A DNA stretch of 64,000 nucleotides from an uncultured Candidatus Binatia bacterium (GTDB taxonomy: Bacteria > Desulfobacterota > Binatia > UBA9968 > JAJDTQ01), in assembly GCA_965215605.1 (NCBI GenBank), contig OZ244070.1, positions 896,001 through 960,000 on the forward strand. Reading direction: 5' to 3'. Made by a program: the position numbers and the translations under genes. Positions 1-8,920 of this stretch are shown in pieces. The first letter of the stretch is position 1. Every line of letters begins with the position of its first letter. The notes below the pieces were generated by a model. It made no database searches and was not told the origin of the DNA. It was given only the letters and a program-made list of their open reading frames with translations.

Positions 1-227
1 GCGGCAACCCGGTAAATCTCCCTCTTTGTCATCAGCGCCCAGACGATCTGCGCCATTCGGTTGGCCAGCGGCACTGCGATCAGCATCCTCGGTTTGCACG
101 CCAGCATCCTGGCGAGCCAGGGATCGGTCGTCACCTCACGCCGAACCGCCCGCGGGCGGACGGTCACGGTGCCCGAAATCAACAGCCGTGTGAGGTGGCG
201 CTGGCCCATCTTCGATGTCTTGCCCAT
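1..227 (-). pseudogene. IS110-family transposase, C-terminal remnant (runs off window edge)
   Basis: Manual translation of minus strand: MGKTSKMGQRHLTRLLISG...DPWLARMLACKPRMLIAVPLANRMAQIVWALMTKREIYR, matching the typical IS110 C-terminus (SKMGxRxLRxLL...VALANKMARIxWAxM). The N-terminal DEDD part is missing. Confidence 0.75.
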
Positions 228-349
228 AACCAAGGCAAGTACTTCTGTGGAAGATCCATTTGTCGACGTTTGATGGCGGCCCCAACTGTCGGTTTGCCAG
301 CCACCCGTCCATGCGCGAAAGGGGTACAGAATCAGACATGACATGTTCG

Positions 350-3300
350 TTACTGGATCGTCGCGTCGGGGTCGCCGGCGCTCAAGGCGTTGGTCCAAGC
401 GAGGCCGAGTTCACAGGAGCGGTAGCGGCCCCAGGCCTTCCGCTCCTCGCGCTCAAGAATTGGGAAGGTCGAGTAGATGTAGCGGATATCATCGCGGTCG
501 GTCACACCGTAGAGGTGGAAATAGAGCGCATCCAGTTTGGCGCGGAGATAGAGGCGGCGGTCCTCGTCCCAGCGGAAGGGTGGCCGCACCTCGCCTGTCT
601 CGTCCACATAGCCCATGTCACGGGCGAAGAGAGCCATGTCATGTGCCGTATAGGTGAGCTCCAACACTGCCTCCCGCAGGATCTCCGCTGCTGTTTTCGG
701 TCCGAAGTGCGTAGCTTGGTAGTGCTCCAACGGTACGACTGGGAGTTGCTCGAGAATGAAGAGATTGAGCGTCTGACCCTGAACCTTTTGGCGTGTCACG
801 AAGTCGAAAACCACCGCGTTAAAATTGGCGGCCAGCAGCCATTCGCTCCGATCCGGCATTTCCGGTTCTAGGATAGGAACCTTGTTGCCGAATCCAACTG
901 CCGGAAAGAGCGCAGCTATGAATGTCCTTATGTTGGTCGCTGCGGTGATCTCCTTGAAGCCGAGAACCCAGCCCAACTGAGACGACCACCCGCATTTCGA
1001 CGCCGGCACCCAGTATTGCGGGTCAGGCAGCCAGTGCGGGTCCTTGTGCTGTTCGTTAGAGGCCGCCTCGGGCTGTGCGGGTCGGTGGCGATTCGTGGGT
1101 TTGACGATGACGCTGGCGGCGCGGTGGTCGAACGCCTGCACCATCTTGCCTTCGTAGAGCGGCACCCAATCGCCGCTTGGGCTGGCGTAGCGATTGCTGC
1201 CGATGGGCCATGCGCCTTCGTTTTCTTCAAGTTCAGTCCGCGTACGAAACAGGCCGGAGTCGTTGGTCATATGGAACACGGTCGTATATTTCACCGGCCA
1301 AGTCTTGATGGCCTCGTCCGAAGAGCGGTCTAACAGTATCGGCAAACGGTCGTAGATTGAGGTGGTAAGTTCCGCGGCGCGGCGAGAGCGGAAAATCGGG
1401 GCCGTGCCGGTGTTCGGGTTAAAGCGAGCAAAATCCTCCGCGCTCAACGGGAAGCAGCGATCCGGATCCCCGAGTTCCGACACACTCTGTAGGAAGAAGG
1501 CGCATTTCGCGTCGCCTGAGAGCGGCGAGGGGCTCGCCGAGAAGGTGCAGAATTTGAAGCTTCTGTGGACATCCGGGAAGAATGGCGACGCATCGTGCTG
1601 CGGGCGCCCGTTCTCGAAATCGTAGAGGGCTTTCAACCTGCCTTCGGTCGACACGCCCTTGAAGAACCGCGCTGCGGTCTTGTCCGACGCGATGCCGGAA
1701 GGGATGAGAAGGCCGACCATGCCGTCGCGTGTGACCAGCGTCATCGCGCGCTCGACGAACAGCGAGTAGAGGTTTATGTCGCCTTTGGACAACAGTGGAT
1801 AGTCGCCACCGTTGCGTGCGATGCGGAGCGCGGTGGTAGCTTGGTCATTGGCCCGTGCAAAGTCCTGCGCAAGTGGGTCATCCGCCCTCTCCAGATCAGT
1901 TATCATGCGCTTGCGGTCGGCTGCGCGTGGAGCCATGGCAATTTCCGGGCGGCGCGCGGCGAACCACTCGACCTGCTGCAACTTCATCCGGTCCCAGGGC
2001 GGGTTGCCGATCACGGCGTCGAACCCGCCCGTCAAACCGGGCGTTTCCCAGTCCGACCAGACACCGGGAAACGCCACCTGCCAGTTCAGGAAGCGTTCTT
2101 CGGCGATGAGTCGTTGAGCCTGCTCCAGCATCTCGGCGAAGCGCTCCGCTTCCGGAGCTTCTCTCCGAATTTCGATCTTGCCGAACGCAATATCGATGGG
2201 ATCGCCGAATCTCCCTTCGAGCCAACCGAAAAAGGGACCCTCGTCTTGCGGGCCACGAAGATCCATCCAGTCGAAGGCATGGAGTAGGGACAGAAACGCA
2301 TTCAGCGGTGCCGTCATCTCCGAGACCTCAGCAAACACGTCGGCGGACCGATGTGCCTCCGCAATTTCGGCATCTGTCAAAGCCTCTATGATCTGCATGG
2401 GCGACGCGGACCGTGTAGCTCGGTTCACAGGGCCTTGAAGGAAGAGTGATCCACCTCGGCGCGTCGCCCTTTCGATGGCGCCCAGCACCCAAGCGCCGAA
2501 CAGGCTGTCGCCGCAACGTAAGTGATGGTCCAGGAAGCTGAGCGGAGCTCCGACCGTGAAGGTGTGCAGCCACAGCGACACCTTCGCCAACTCCACAGCC
2601 ATCGGGTTTTTGTCCACGCCGTAGACACAGCGTTTAAGAACCATGCGGCGGACGATGTGTCGGTCGTCGAGTTGTGCAGGATCGAACGTCCAGCCGCGAT
2701 CCTCGGCATTGGCCATGATCGTGCTGCGGATACTGTCGATTCGCTTGTTCAGAGGCGAGATGTAGCCGTCGCACACGGCTTCCGATTCCGCCATCGCAGC
2801 GATGACCCGGTCAGCGAGATAGTCCACGAGGTTTACCAGAAAGTGTCCCGAACCCATCGACGGGTCGCAGACCTTAAGGTCGAGCAGCCTCTCCGCTGGA
2901 TCGAGCTTTTTCAATCGACGCTTCCGGCGGTCTTCGGGCAACTGACTCGATGCGAGTTGGGACGCTTCAGTGGCAAAGGCATCCGTACGTGCCTGTACAA
3001 GGGGTTCGACAGTCTCACCGATAATCAGGCCGACAAGGTCGTCGGGCGTGTAGTAGCTGCCGGAATCCTTCCGCGCGTAGACGTTCGGTCGAACGACGAT
3101 GTCATCGCCGTCGCGAACGATCTCCTGTTCCAGCAACCGCTCATAGATCGAACCCAATTGCTGAACGCCGAGGTCGCGGTAGTTGATATAGCGCCTGCCC
3201 TCCGGCGCTTGCTCGAACGAGAGCGCGTCGATCACGCCGGCCATTACCGCATCTCCCAGCCGGATGCGATCCAGAAGTGGCGTGCGGCGTCGGTCGAACA

Positions 3301-4423
3301 GTCCGCCATTGTAGGGTGGCAGGCCGATTGCAGCGTCACCTTGGTCAATGGCGCGACTCAGATTGTCGATCAATGACCAATATATTGAAGCGTTTTCGGA
3401 GAAGGCATCGCCCGCATCCTTGCGGTGTCCTACGTCGCCGCGAACCCTTTCCCGGAGCGCGTAGTCGTCGTACCGCGAATCGCGAACCGGCAGCAGGTCA
3501 CGGTCTTCAGCATAGAAGATGAACAGCAGGCGGTAGAGTAGAACCAACGCCGCTTCCCGCACCTCGGCCAACGGTACGTCCGGCGCGGCCCGCGCGACCG
3601 CACGGGCAAGATCCGGGAAGACCGTTTCAAAGACTAGTTCGGACAGGCTTGCAGCAACTCGTTCCCGGTAGAAGTGGCCCCTGTCGATAGCCTGCTCATG
3701 GAATGTTCGTTCGTCGACCGCGCCTGGCAGGAATGCTCTACACCGGAATATGAGGGCGAACACCTTGAGCCAATGGCGGCGCTCCTCCCCGTCCAGGGCG
3801 AACAGGCCGTCGTTGTGGCCGGGCAGGTTCAGAACGGCGGCTAGGTCGATTTCAAAAAACTGTTCCGAGACGGATAGGGCGCGCTGCCAATAGAGGCGCC
3901 ATTTTGCCCCGTTGGTTAGAATCCCCCAGCGGAGCCGTCCGGTTGTCAGATCATCGACCCGCCGCAAATAGCGCAGCATTTGCGTGGAGGGTGCTGTCTC
4001 CTCGCCGCGTCGTCCCGACCGCCGGTCGAGGGGACGTAGCCAGCGTTTCGATTCCACGATGGCGAGGCCATGTTGGTACCTTTTCCACTCCTCCGTGAAG
4101 CGGTTGGCCTGTTCCTTTGCTGCATTGTGCGCGAACAACAGTCCGTCGGGTACGGCCTCGCGACCGTGGGCTGAAAGGTTCTGCTGGCGCAAGTTCGCTG
4201 TCCACCCGAGCTGGCCGAAAACGGGCCAGATCAGATCGTCCTCCGTCTGACTCTCATTGGGTAATCGGTCAGCCGGGAAGCGGGCGAATATATCCCGCAA
4301 GGTGGACTCGACGCTGTGGAGCATCAATTCGTCGAAATCCTGCCAAGCGGGAAGATCGACGATGGACTCGCGAAGGAAATCCTCGGCAAAGAGGCTTCCC
4401 TGAAACGGCCTGCCACCGCTCAC
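350..4423 (-). CDS. Fused restriction endonuclease / N6-adenine DNA methyltransferase (type IIG, Eco57I/DrmMI-like)
   Basis: 1357 aa. N-terminal PD-(D/E)xK nuclease motif (VPDGLLF...IVESKR), GSYYTP, MTase motif I (CDPSMGSGHFL), motif IV (IGNPPW), C-terminal TRD-like region. GGAGG upstream of GTG. Confidence 0.88.
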   Translation of the reverse strand: MSGGRPFQGSLFAEDFLRESIVDLPAWQDFDELMLHSVESTLRDIFARFPADRLPNESQTEDDLIWPVFGQLGWTANLRQQNLSAHGREAVPDGLLFAHNAAKEQANRFTEEWKRYQHGLAIVESKRWLRPLDRRSGRRGEETAPSTQMLRYLRRVDDLTTGRLRWGILTNGAKWRLYWQRALSVSEQFFEIDLAAVLNLPGHNDGLFALDGEERRHWLKVFALIFRCRAFLPGAVDERTFHEQAIDRGHFYRERVAASLSELVFETVFPDLARAVARAAPDVPLAEVREAALVLLYRLLFIFYAEDRDLLPVRDSRYDDYALRERVRGDVGHRKDAGDAFSENASIYWSLIDNLSRAIDQGDAAIGLPPYNGGLFDRRRTPLLDRIRLGDAVMAGVIDALSFEQAPEGRRYINYRDLGVQQLGSIYERLLEQEIVRDGDDIVVRPNVYARKDSGSYYTPDDLVGLIIGETVEPLVQARTDAFATEASQLASSQLPEDRRKRRLKKLDPAERLLDLKVCDPSMGSGHFLVNLVDYLADRVIAAMAESEAVCDGYISPLNKRIDSIRSTIMANAEDRGWTFDPAQLDDRHIVRRMVLKRCVYGVDKNPMAVELAKVSLWLHTFTVGAPLSFLDHHLRCGDSLFGAWVLGAIERATRRGGSLFLQGPVNRATRSASPMQIIEALTDAEIAEAHRSADVFAEVSEMTAPLNAFLSLLHAFDWMDLRGPQDEGPFFGWLEGRFGDPIDIAFGKIEIRREAPEAERFAEMLEQAQRLIAEERFLNWQVAFPGVWSDWETPGLTGGFDAVIGNPPWDRMKLQQVEWFAARRPEIAMAPRAADRKRMITDLERADDPLAQDFARANDQATTALRIARNGGDYPLLSKGDINLYSLFVERAMTLVTRDGMVGLLIPSGIASDKTAARFFKGVSTEGRLKALYDFENGRPQHDASPFFPDVHRSFKFCTFSASPSPLSGDAKCAFFLQSVSELGDPDRCFPLSAEDFARFNPNTGTAPIFRSRRAAELTTSIYDRLPILLDRSSDEAIKTWPVKYTTVFHMTNDSGLFRTRTELEENEGAWPIGSNRYASPSGDWVPLYEGKMVQAFDHRAASVIVKPTNRHRPAQPEAASNEQHKDPHWLPDPQYWVPASKCGWSSQLGWVLGFKEITAATNIRTFIAALFPAVGFGNKVPILEPEMPDRSEWLLAANFNAVVFDFVTRQKVQGQTLNLFILEQLPVVPLEHYQATHFGPKTAAEILREAVLELTYTAHDMALFARDMGYVDETGEVRPPFRWDEDRRLYLRAKLDALYFHLYGVTDRDDIRYIYSTFPILEREERKAWGRYRSCELGLAWTNALSAGDPDATIQ

Positions 4424-4535
4424 CGTTCAGCCTCCCAGACCCTTTCGGATACCTTGCGGGCAGTCTCTAGACAGGATCGTTTCATACGAAATACCGGTCG
4501 GTTTCGGCCGAGCGGAGTCCCTGCTCGTTCTCTGG

Positions 4536-4853
4536 TCATGCAATCCCCGGGGCGGCGCTCTTTCCGAAGACACCCGGCCTGGTCGGCAGATGGCGGATCT
4601 GGGCGCCCGTTTCCCTGTCCGCCTGAACCAGATCGTACTGTGCCTGAAGGTTAAGCCAGAACTGAGGCTCGACACCGAACCAGTGGCCCAAGCGTAGCGC
4701 GGTGTCGCCGGTGACCGAACGCTTGCCGGCGATGATCTGGCTCACCCGGTTGGCGGGCACCTCGATCTGCCGCGCCAACTCCGTCGGTGTGACACCCAGT
4801 TCTTCCAACTCGCCCTTCAGGACCTCACCGGGATGGACAGCTCTCATGAACAT
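4536..4853 (-). CDS. higA: HigA-family antitoxin (HTH)
   Basis: VHPGEVLKGEL...LARQIEVPANRVSQIIAGKRSVTGDTALRLGHWFG..PQFWLNLQAQYDL signature. ATG at 4853 with AGGAGG RBS. Confidence 0.9.
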   Translation of the reverse strand: MFMRAVHPGEVLKGELEELGVTPTELARQIEVPANRVSQIIAGKRSVTGDTALRLGHWFGVEPQFWLNLQAQYDLVQADRETGAQIRHLPTRPGVFGKSAAPGIA

Positions 4854-4869
4854 ACCGTCCTCCTCCTTC

Positions 4870-5157
4870 TCATCCGTGGTAGTCGACGATCTCAACATTG
4901 TCCGGTCCTGCATGCCCGTCCGGCCACTCAAAACACAGTCTCCATTGCCGATTAATGCGAATGGAGTACTGGCCTTTCCTGTCACCCCGGAGGGCCTCGA
5001 GGTGGTTTCCCGGCAAGGACCGCAGGGTATCGAGCGAAGGCGCGGCGTTCAGAACGGCGAGCCGTCTTGCTGCTTGGTCTTCGAAGCTCCGGAACGCCCT
5101 GACTGCCCGCCCTTCGGCAAACGCTCGTGCCTTTCTGTCTCGATAGCCGAGGATCAT
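4870..5157 (-). CDS. higB: HigB (RelE/ParE-superfamily) mRNA interferase toxin
   Basis: PGNHLEALRGDRKGQYSIRINRQWRLCFEW...VEIVDYH signature. Lies directly upstream of higA. Confidence 0.92.
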   Translation of the reverse strand: MILGYRDRKARAFAEGRAVRAFRSFEDQAARRLAVLNAAPSLDTLRSLPGNHLEALRGDRKGQYSIRINRQWRLCFEWPDGHAGPDNVEIVDYHG

Positions 5158-5161
5158 CTCC

Positions 5162-5194
5162 TGTCAAGATGACAAGCTAGACGATGTACGTCAA
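5162..5194 (-). promoter_or_regulatory. Putative higBA promoter with overlapping palindrome
   Basis: Minus strand TTGACG-17 nt-CATCTT. Inverted repeat TGTCA-AGA-TGACA (5162-5174) covers the -10. Confidence 0.5.
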
Positions 5195-5216
5195 GAGTAC
5201 ACTACCTATCGCCAGC

Positions 5217-6098
5217 CTATCTGCGGCGACTTTTTGACGGCCACGGAAGTGTGCCGTCAAGTTCCTTGAGCAAAGATTCATTGTCTTCGTCCTCGTCCCA
5301 ACGCTCGCAGGTTGGCTTCCTGCTCTCGTCAAACCAGATGAGTGATAGACATTGATTCCATTCCTGCAGCACGATGGCTTCTTCTGAGACCAGCTGCCGG
5401 TTCTGGAATCCCTCGCCGAACCATACATCCGTTGAGATCTCGTCGTGGTCCTCGATCTTCGCACCACCGCGCATCAGGCGATGGGCGACGCTGCCTTCCG
5501 GCACAGGGATGTTGAATTCAATCCAGCCCTTCAACTCACGCAGGTATTTCGACCGGGACACATAGCGGATCCACCCGTCCTCGCTTAGAACAAACGCGCA
5601 GGGCTCGATTGTATTCGCGGCGAATCGAGAACCCGTTGTGGTCAATGACGCTTTGTACTCCGCCGCCAAGGACTTGACCGCATCCAGGGAAATGTTCGTG
5701 TCGGCGACTTCCTTGGCGAAGGAATCGTAGGGGAGCAAACACTCGGCGGCGAATACATCGCAAAGGATCTCTTCCTCGGGTCGCTGTCGATAGCGCAGAA
5801 GCACGTCGGTCTTTAACGTCGTGCCGTGATGCTGCGATGGCAGTCCCATCACGATGTGGGCGATCTCGTGGAGGACGGTGAAGCGCTGCCGCTCCTCCCG
5901 GTGATTGCCGTTGACGATGATGAGGTGTTTGCCCTTCAACCGGGCCGTCTGGCCGGATTCGTCCTCCGCTAGATTGTAGACGATCTTGATCTTCGCGTCT
6001 GCGGCGGTGGCTAGATGCTTGATGTCGACGGGGACCGCTTCGTTACCGGCAACCCCGATGAACTGGCGAGCCTTGAGAATCGTTTGGAACTCGTCCAT
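5217..6098 (-). CDS. capP: ImmA/IrrE-family Zn metallopeptidase, CapP-like
   Basis: 293 aa. RQRFTVLHEIAH (HExxH) and EEEILCDVFAAECLLP motifs. Adjacent to an HTH gene and divergent from CBASS. Confidence 0.8.
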   Translation of the reverse strand: MDEFQTILKARQFIGVAGNEAVPVDIKHLATAADAKIKIVYNLAEDESGQTARLKGKHLIIVNGNHREERQRFTVLHEIAHIVMGLPSQHHGTTLKTDVLLRYRQRPEEEILCDVFAAECLLPYDSFAKEVADTNISLDAVKSLAAEYKASLTTTGSRFAANTIEPCAFVLSEDGWIRYVSRSKYLRELKGWIEFNIPVPEGSVAHRLMRGGAKIEDHDEISTDVWFGEGFQNRQLVSEEAIVLQEWNQCLSLIWFDESRKPTCERWDEDEDNESLLKELDGTLPWPSKSRRR

Positions 6099-6482
6099 TC
6101 AGTCCTCGTCTTCATCGAAAAAGGTGGCCAAGCGGTCCACGTGTTGGCGCCACTCGTCGGCGGTTTCTGGGCGCTTTCCCCTGAAACTCATTTGATGAGC
6201 AGGCTCAAGCAAGTCGAGCGGCCGATCCTCGTCTTCGACGAACACTTCGATGAGGGTGCGGTTGACATCCTTTCCGACCAGCCGGCGCAAGAGTTGCGCC
6301 GTCCGCGGACTCAGCTTCAAGGTACGGACGAACGCGTCGACCACCTGCTCGGAGGGTGCCGTCTTCTCCTCCCTTTCAAGCCGGTGAATGTACGCGTGGT
6401 CGATGCCGCACAGCTTGCCGAACTCCCGTAGGCTCAGGTTGCGGGCTTCCCGGAATTTTTTCAGCGTGTAGCCGAACGACAT
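6099..6482 (-). CDS. capH: XRE-family HTH transcriptional regulator, CapH-like
   Basis: MSFGYTLKKFREARNLSLREFGKLCGIDHAYIHRLEREEKTAPS HTH. C-terminal MSFRG motif. Stop abuts the peptidase start. Confidence 0.78.
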   Translation of the reverse strand: MSFGYTLKKFREARNLSLREFGKLCGIDHAYIHRLEREEKTAPSEQVVDAFVRTLKLSPRTAQLLRRLVGKDVNRTLIEVFVEDEDRPLDLLEPAHQMSFRGKRPETADEWRQHVDRLATFFDEDED

Positions 6483-6492
6483 CGCTCCACCC

Positions 6493-6535
6493 TTGACACA
6501 CAGGTTTACTCTGGTATGTTGTCCATATAGACAAC
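6493..6535 (+). promoter_or_regulatory. Putative CBASS operon promoter and palindromic operator
   Basis: TTGACA (6493-6498), 16-nt spacer, TGn-TATGTT (6515-6520). Inverted repeat GTTGTC-CATATA-GACAAC (6518-6535) overlaps the -10/+1. Confidence 0.55.
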
Positions 6536-6690
6536 GAAGTAGATAAAACCTAGAATCTAACCTAGTTTTTGGCACCGTAGAATGCTGGGCCCCGTCGTCT
6601 GCACGGACTACAGGATAGCCAATTGTGGCATTCGTGACAAGGACTGGCCAACGGAACGCGGGTGTCGATAGCGAAGGCCCCTGATCTGAC

Positions 6691-7686
6691 ATGACGACCA
6701 CAGAACTACAGCCGCCCCAACGCCGCGTCCTGTCCATCGACGGGGGCGGGATATTGGGGACGTTTCCTGCCGCTTTCCTCGCGGGGCTCGAACAGCACCT
6801 GCCGAAGCCGATAGGCAGCTATTTCGATCTGATCGCGGGGACGTCTACCGGCGGCATCATCGCGATAGGGCTCGCGATGGGGCTCCGCGCGTCCGAACTG
6901 CTAGATCTCTACGAGCAGCGCGGCCTGGAGATCTTCGGCCAGGGCCGCGGACCGTTTGCCGATTTCATCCTCGGCAAGCTGCGCCTCGGGCGGTGGCTGA
7001 TCATGAACAAATACGACGCCAAGCCCCTCCAAACCGTTCTCGAAGAAGTCCTCGGCGATCGGCGAATCGGTGATGCCAAGACGCGCCTCCTCGTTCCCGC
7101 CTGGAACCCTGTGGCGCGCTCCGTCTACATCTACAAGACCGCGCACCACCCGCGCCTTCGCAACGACTACAAGTGCCTGGCGGTCGACGCCGCTATGGCC
7201 ACGGCTGCCGCACCCACCTACTTCCGCCAACACGTGACGGAGGATGCGGCCGGCCTGACCGATGGCGGCACTTGGGCGAATAACCCTACGACACTGGCAG
7301 TCGTCGAAGCGATTGCGGTGCTGGGCTGGCCGCGCGACTCGCTGCACGTTCTCAGCCTTGGCTGCCTCGACGAGACCTACAGCGTTCGCAAGTGGGCAGG
7401 TATAGGCACGTTGGGTTCCAAGATCATCAAGCTCTTCATGGACGGTCAGTCCCACGGCGCGATGGGCGTCGCGAAACTGCTTACCGGCCACGAGCATGAG
7501 CGGGAGGCAATCCACCGGATCAACCACACCGTTCCGTTGAATGCCTTCAAAATGGACGACGCCCGCGTCATCCAGGATCTCAAGGGGCTTGGCCACTCTT
7601 TCGCGCGTGATCGCCACCCGGTCCTTGAAACCGTTTTCTTTAACGCTCCGGCGGATACCTTCTTCCCGATTTATCCGCTCGAGTAG
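6691..7686 (+). CDS. capV: CBASS patatin-like phospholipase effector (CapV-like)
   Basis: DGGGILG, GTSTG (catalytic Ser), AAPTYF, DGG (catalytic Asp). Immediately upstream of a CD-NTase. Confidence 0.88.
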   Translation: MTTTELQPPQRRVLSIDGGGILGTFPAAFLAGLEQHLPKPIGSYFDLIAGTSTGGIIAIGLAMGLRASELLDLYEQRGLEIFGQGRGPFADFILGKLRLGRWLIMNKYDAKPLQTVLEEVLGDRRIGDAKTRLLVPAWNPVARSVYIYKTAHHPRLRNDYKCLAVDAAMATAAAPTYFRQHVTEDAAGLTDGGTWANNPTTLAVVEAIAVLGWPRDSLHVLSLGCLDETYSVRKWAGIGTLGSKIIKLFMDGQSHGAMGVAKLLTGHEHEREAIHRINHTVPLNAFKMDDARVIQDLKGLGHSFARDRHPVLETVFFNAPADTFFPIYPLE

Positions 7687-7717
7687 TCGGTTCTTGAAAG
7701 CAGAGGAGGTTAAAGCC

Positions 7718-8920
7718 ATGTCCGTTGATTTCAGCAAATTTAACGAGTTCCTCGAGCTCGTCGGCAGCGAGATCGACATACCGCCGAGCAAGTATCAGGA
7801 CGCTGTTAACCGCTACCACGCGGTGGGGCACTGGCTTGAGGATGGCGACTACGTCGGATGCCAGGGCCAACTGGTCATCTCCCCCCAAGGGTCGTTCCAG
7901 CTTGGGACAGTCGTCAGGCCCATCCGCCACGGCATCGAGGCAAGCTACGACATCGATCTGGTGTGTGAGATGCCGCTTCGCAAGGACTTGACTACTCCGC
8001 GAGCGGTCAAGCAGATCGTGGGCGACCGGCTCCGGCAACACGAAACCTACCGCCGGCTTCTCGATCCCGAAGGCCGACGCTGCTGGACCCTCGAATATGC
8101 CGAACAGGACGGAGTGGGGTTCCATCTCGACGTCTTGCCCGCTGTTCCTGACAACAACGGGCTCCAGAGTACAGCCATTGCAATCACGCACAAAAACGAC
8201 GCCGTGTACTCGTGGTCGGCGAGCGACCCGCGCGGGTACGGGACGTGGTTCGACGGCAAGAACGCTGCAGCATTTGCGCGTGTCGTCGTCGAACAGAAGC
8301 GGTTCATCCAGCGCCAGGCATTCCTCATCTATGCGCGCGTCGACGACGTCCCGGATCAACTGGTCCGGACGCCGCTGCAGCGCTCGGTCCAACTCATGAA
8401 GCGGAATCGCGACCTGCACTTCAATGATCCCGGGAAGATTGACCACGCCCCTATCTCGGTCATCATCACGACCCTTGCCGCGCACCTTTACCAAGGCGAA
8501 CCGGACACGTACTCTGCTTTAGCCGGTATTGTTGGCAGACTCCAGGGACATGCGGGGCTCGTGGAGGGCGGGACAATTGACCCGTCTCTGGCGACGATGG
8601 GCCTCATCCGGCGGCTCCGGGACGGCACGTGGTATATTGGCAACCCGGTCAATCCGGCCGAGAACTTCGCCGACCGATGGCATGAGGACGGTCACGCACG
8701 CGCACGGGCGTTCTTCTCTTGGGTGACCGGTCTGCAAAAGGACCTGCTGAATCTTCAGACCGACACCAACCCACGTCTGCTCAAGGAGAATCTGACCGGG
8801 GTGTTGGGGACCGCGGCGGTAGCCAAGCATTTTGGCGTTCTCGTTCCATCAGCCGATGCCGTGGAGCCGCGCCCGCGAATCCATATCAACAGGCCCGCGA
8901 AGCCGTGGCGACGCGGGTGA
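7718..8920 (+). CDS. cGAS/DncV-like nucleotidyltransferase (CD-NTase)
   Basis: QGSFQLGTVVRP...YDIDLVC, FHLDVLP, RTPLQRSVQLMKRNRD, NPVNPAENFADRW. Ends KPWRRG. ATG at 7718 after GAGGAGG. Confidence 0.9.
   Translation: MSVDFSKFNEFLELVGSEIDIPPSKYQDAVNRYHAVGHWLEDGDYVGCQGQLVISPQGSFQLGTVVRPIRHGIEASYDIDLVCEMPLRKDLTTPRAVKQIVGDRLRQHETYRRLLDPEGRRCWTLEYAEQDGVGFHLDVLPAVPDNNGLQSTAIAITHKNDAVYSWSASDPRGYGTWFDGKNAAAFARVVVEQKRFIQRQAFLIYARVDDVPDQLVRTPLQRSVQLMKRNRDLHFNDPGKIDHAPISVIITTLAAHLYQGEPDTYSALAGIVGRLQGHAGLVEGGTIDPSLATMGLIRRLRDGTWYIGNPVNPAENFADRWHEDGHARARAFFSWVTGLQKDLLNLQTDTNPRLLKENLTGVLGTAAVAKHFGVLVPSADAVEPRPRIHINRPAKPWRRG

Noticed and set aside
350-4423. Complete BREX or DISARM system
   Set aside because: No pglZ/brxC/brxL or drmA/B/C/D genes in the window.
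4427-4675. 82-aa ORF between higA and the RM gene
   Set aside because: Mostly overlaps higA in another frame, with no RBS or motif.
6483-6737. Long N-terminal extensions in the ORF track (HTH, CD-NTase, E2, ligase, M18 peptidase, YbbP)
   Set aside because: They overlap neighbouring genes or promoters, and downstream starts with RBS or coupling fit the family N-termini better.
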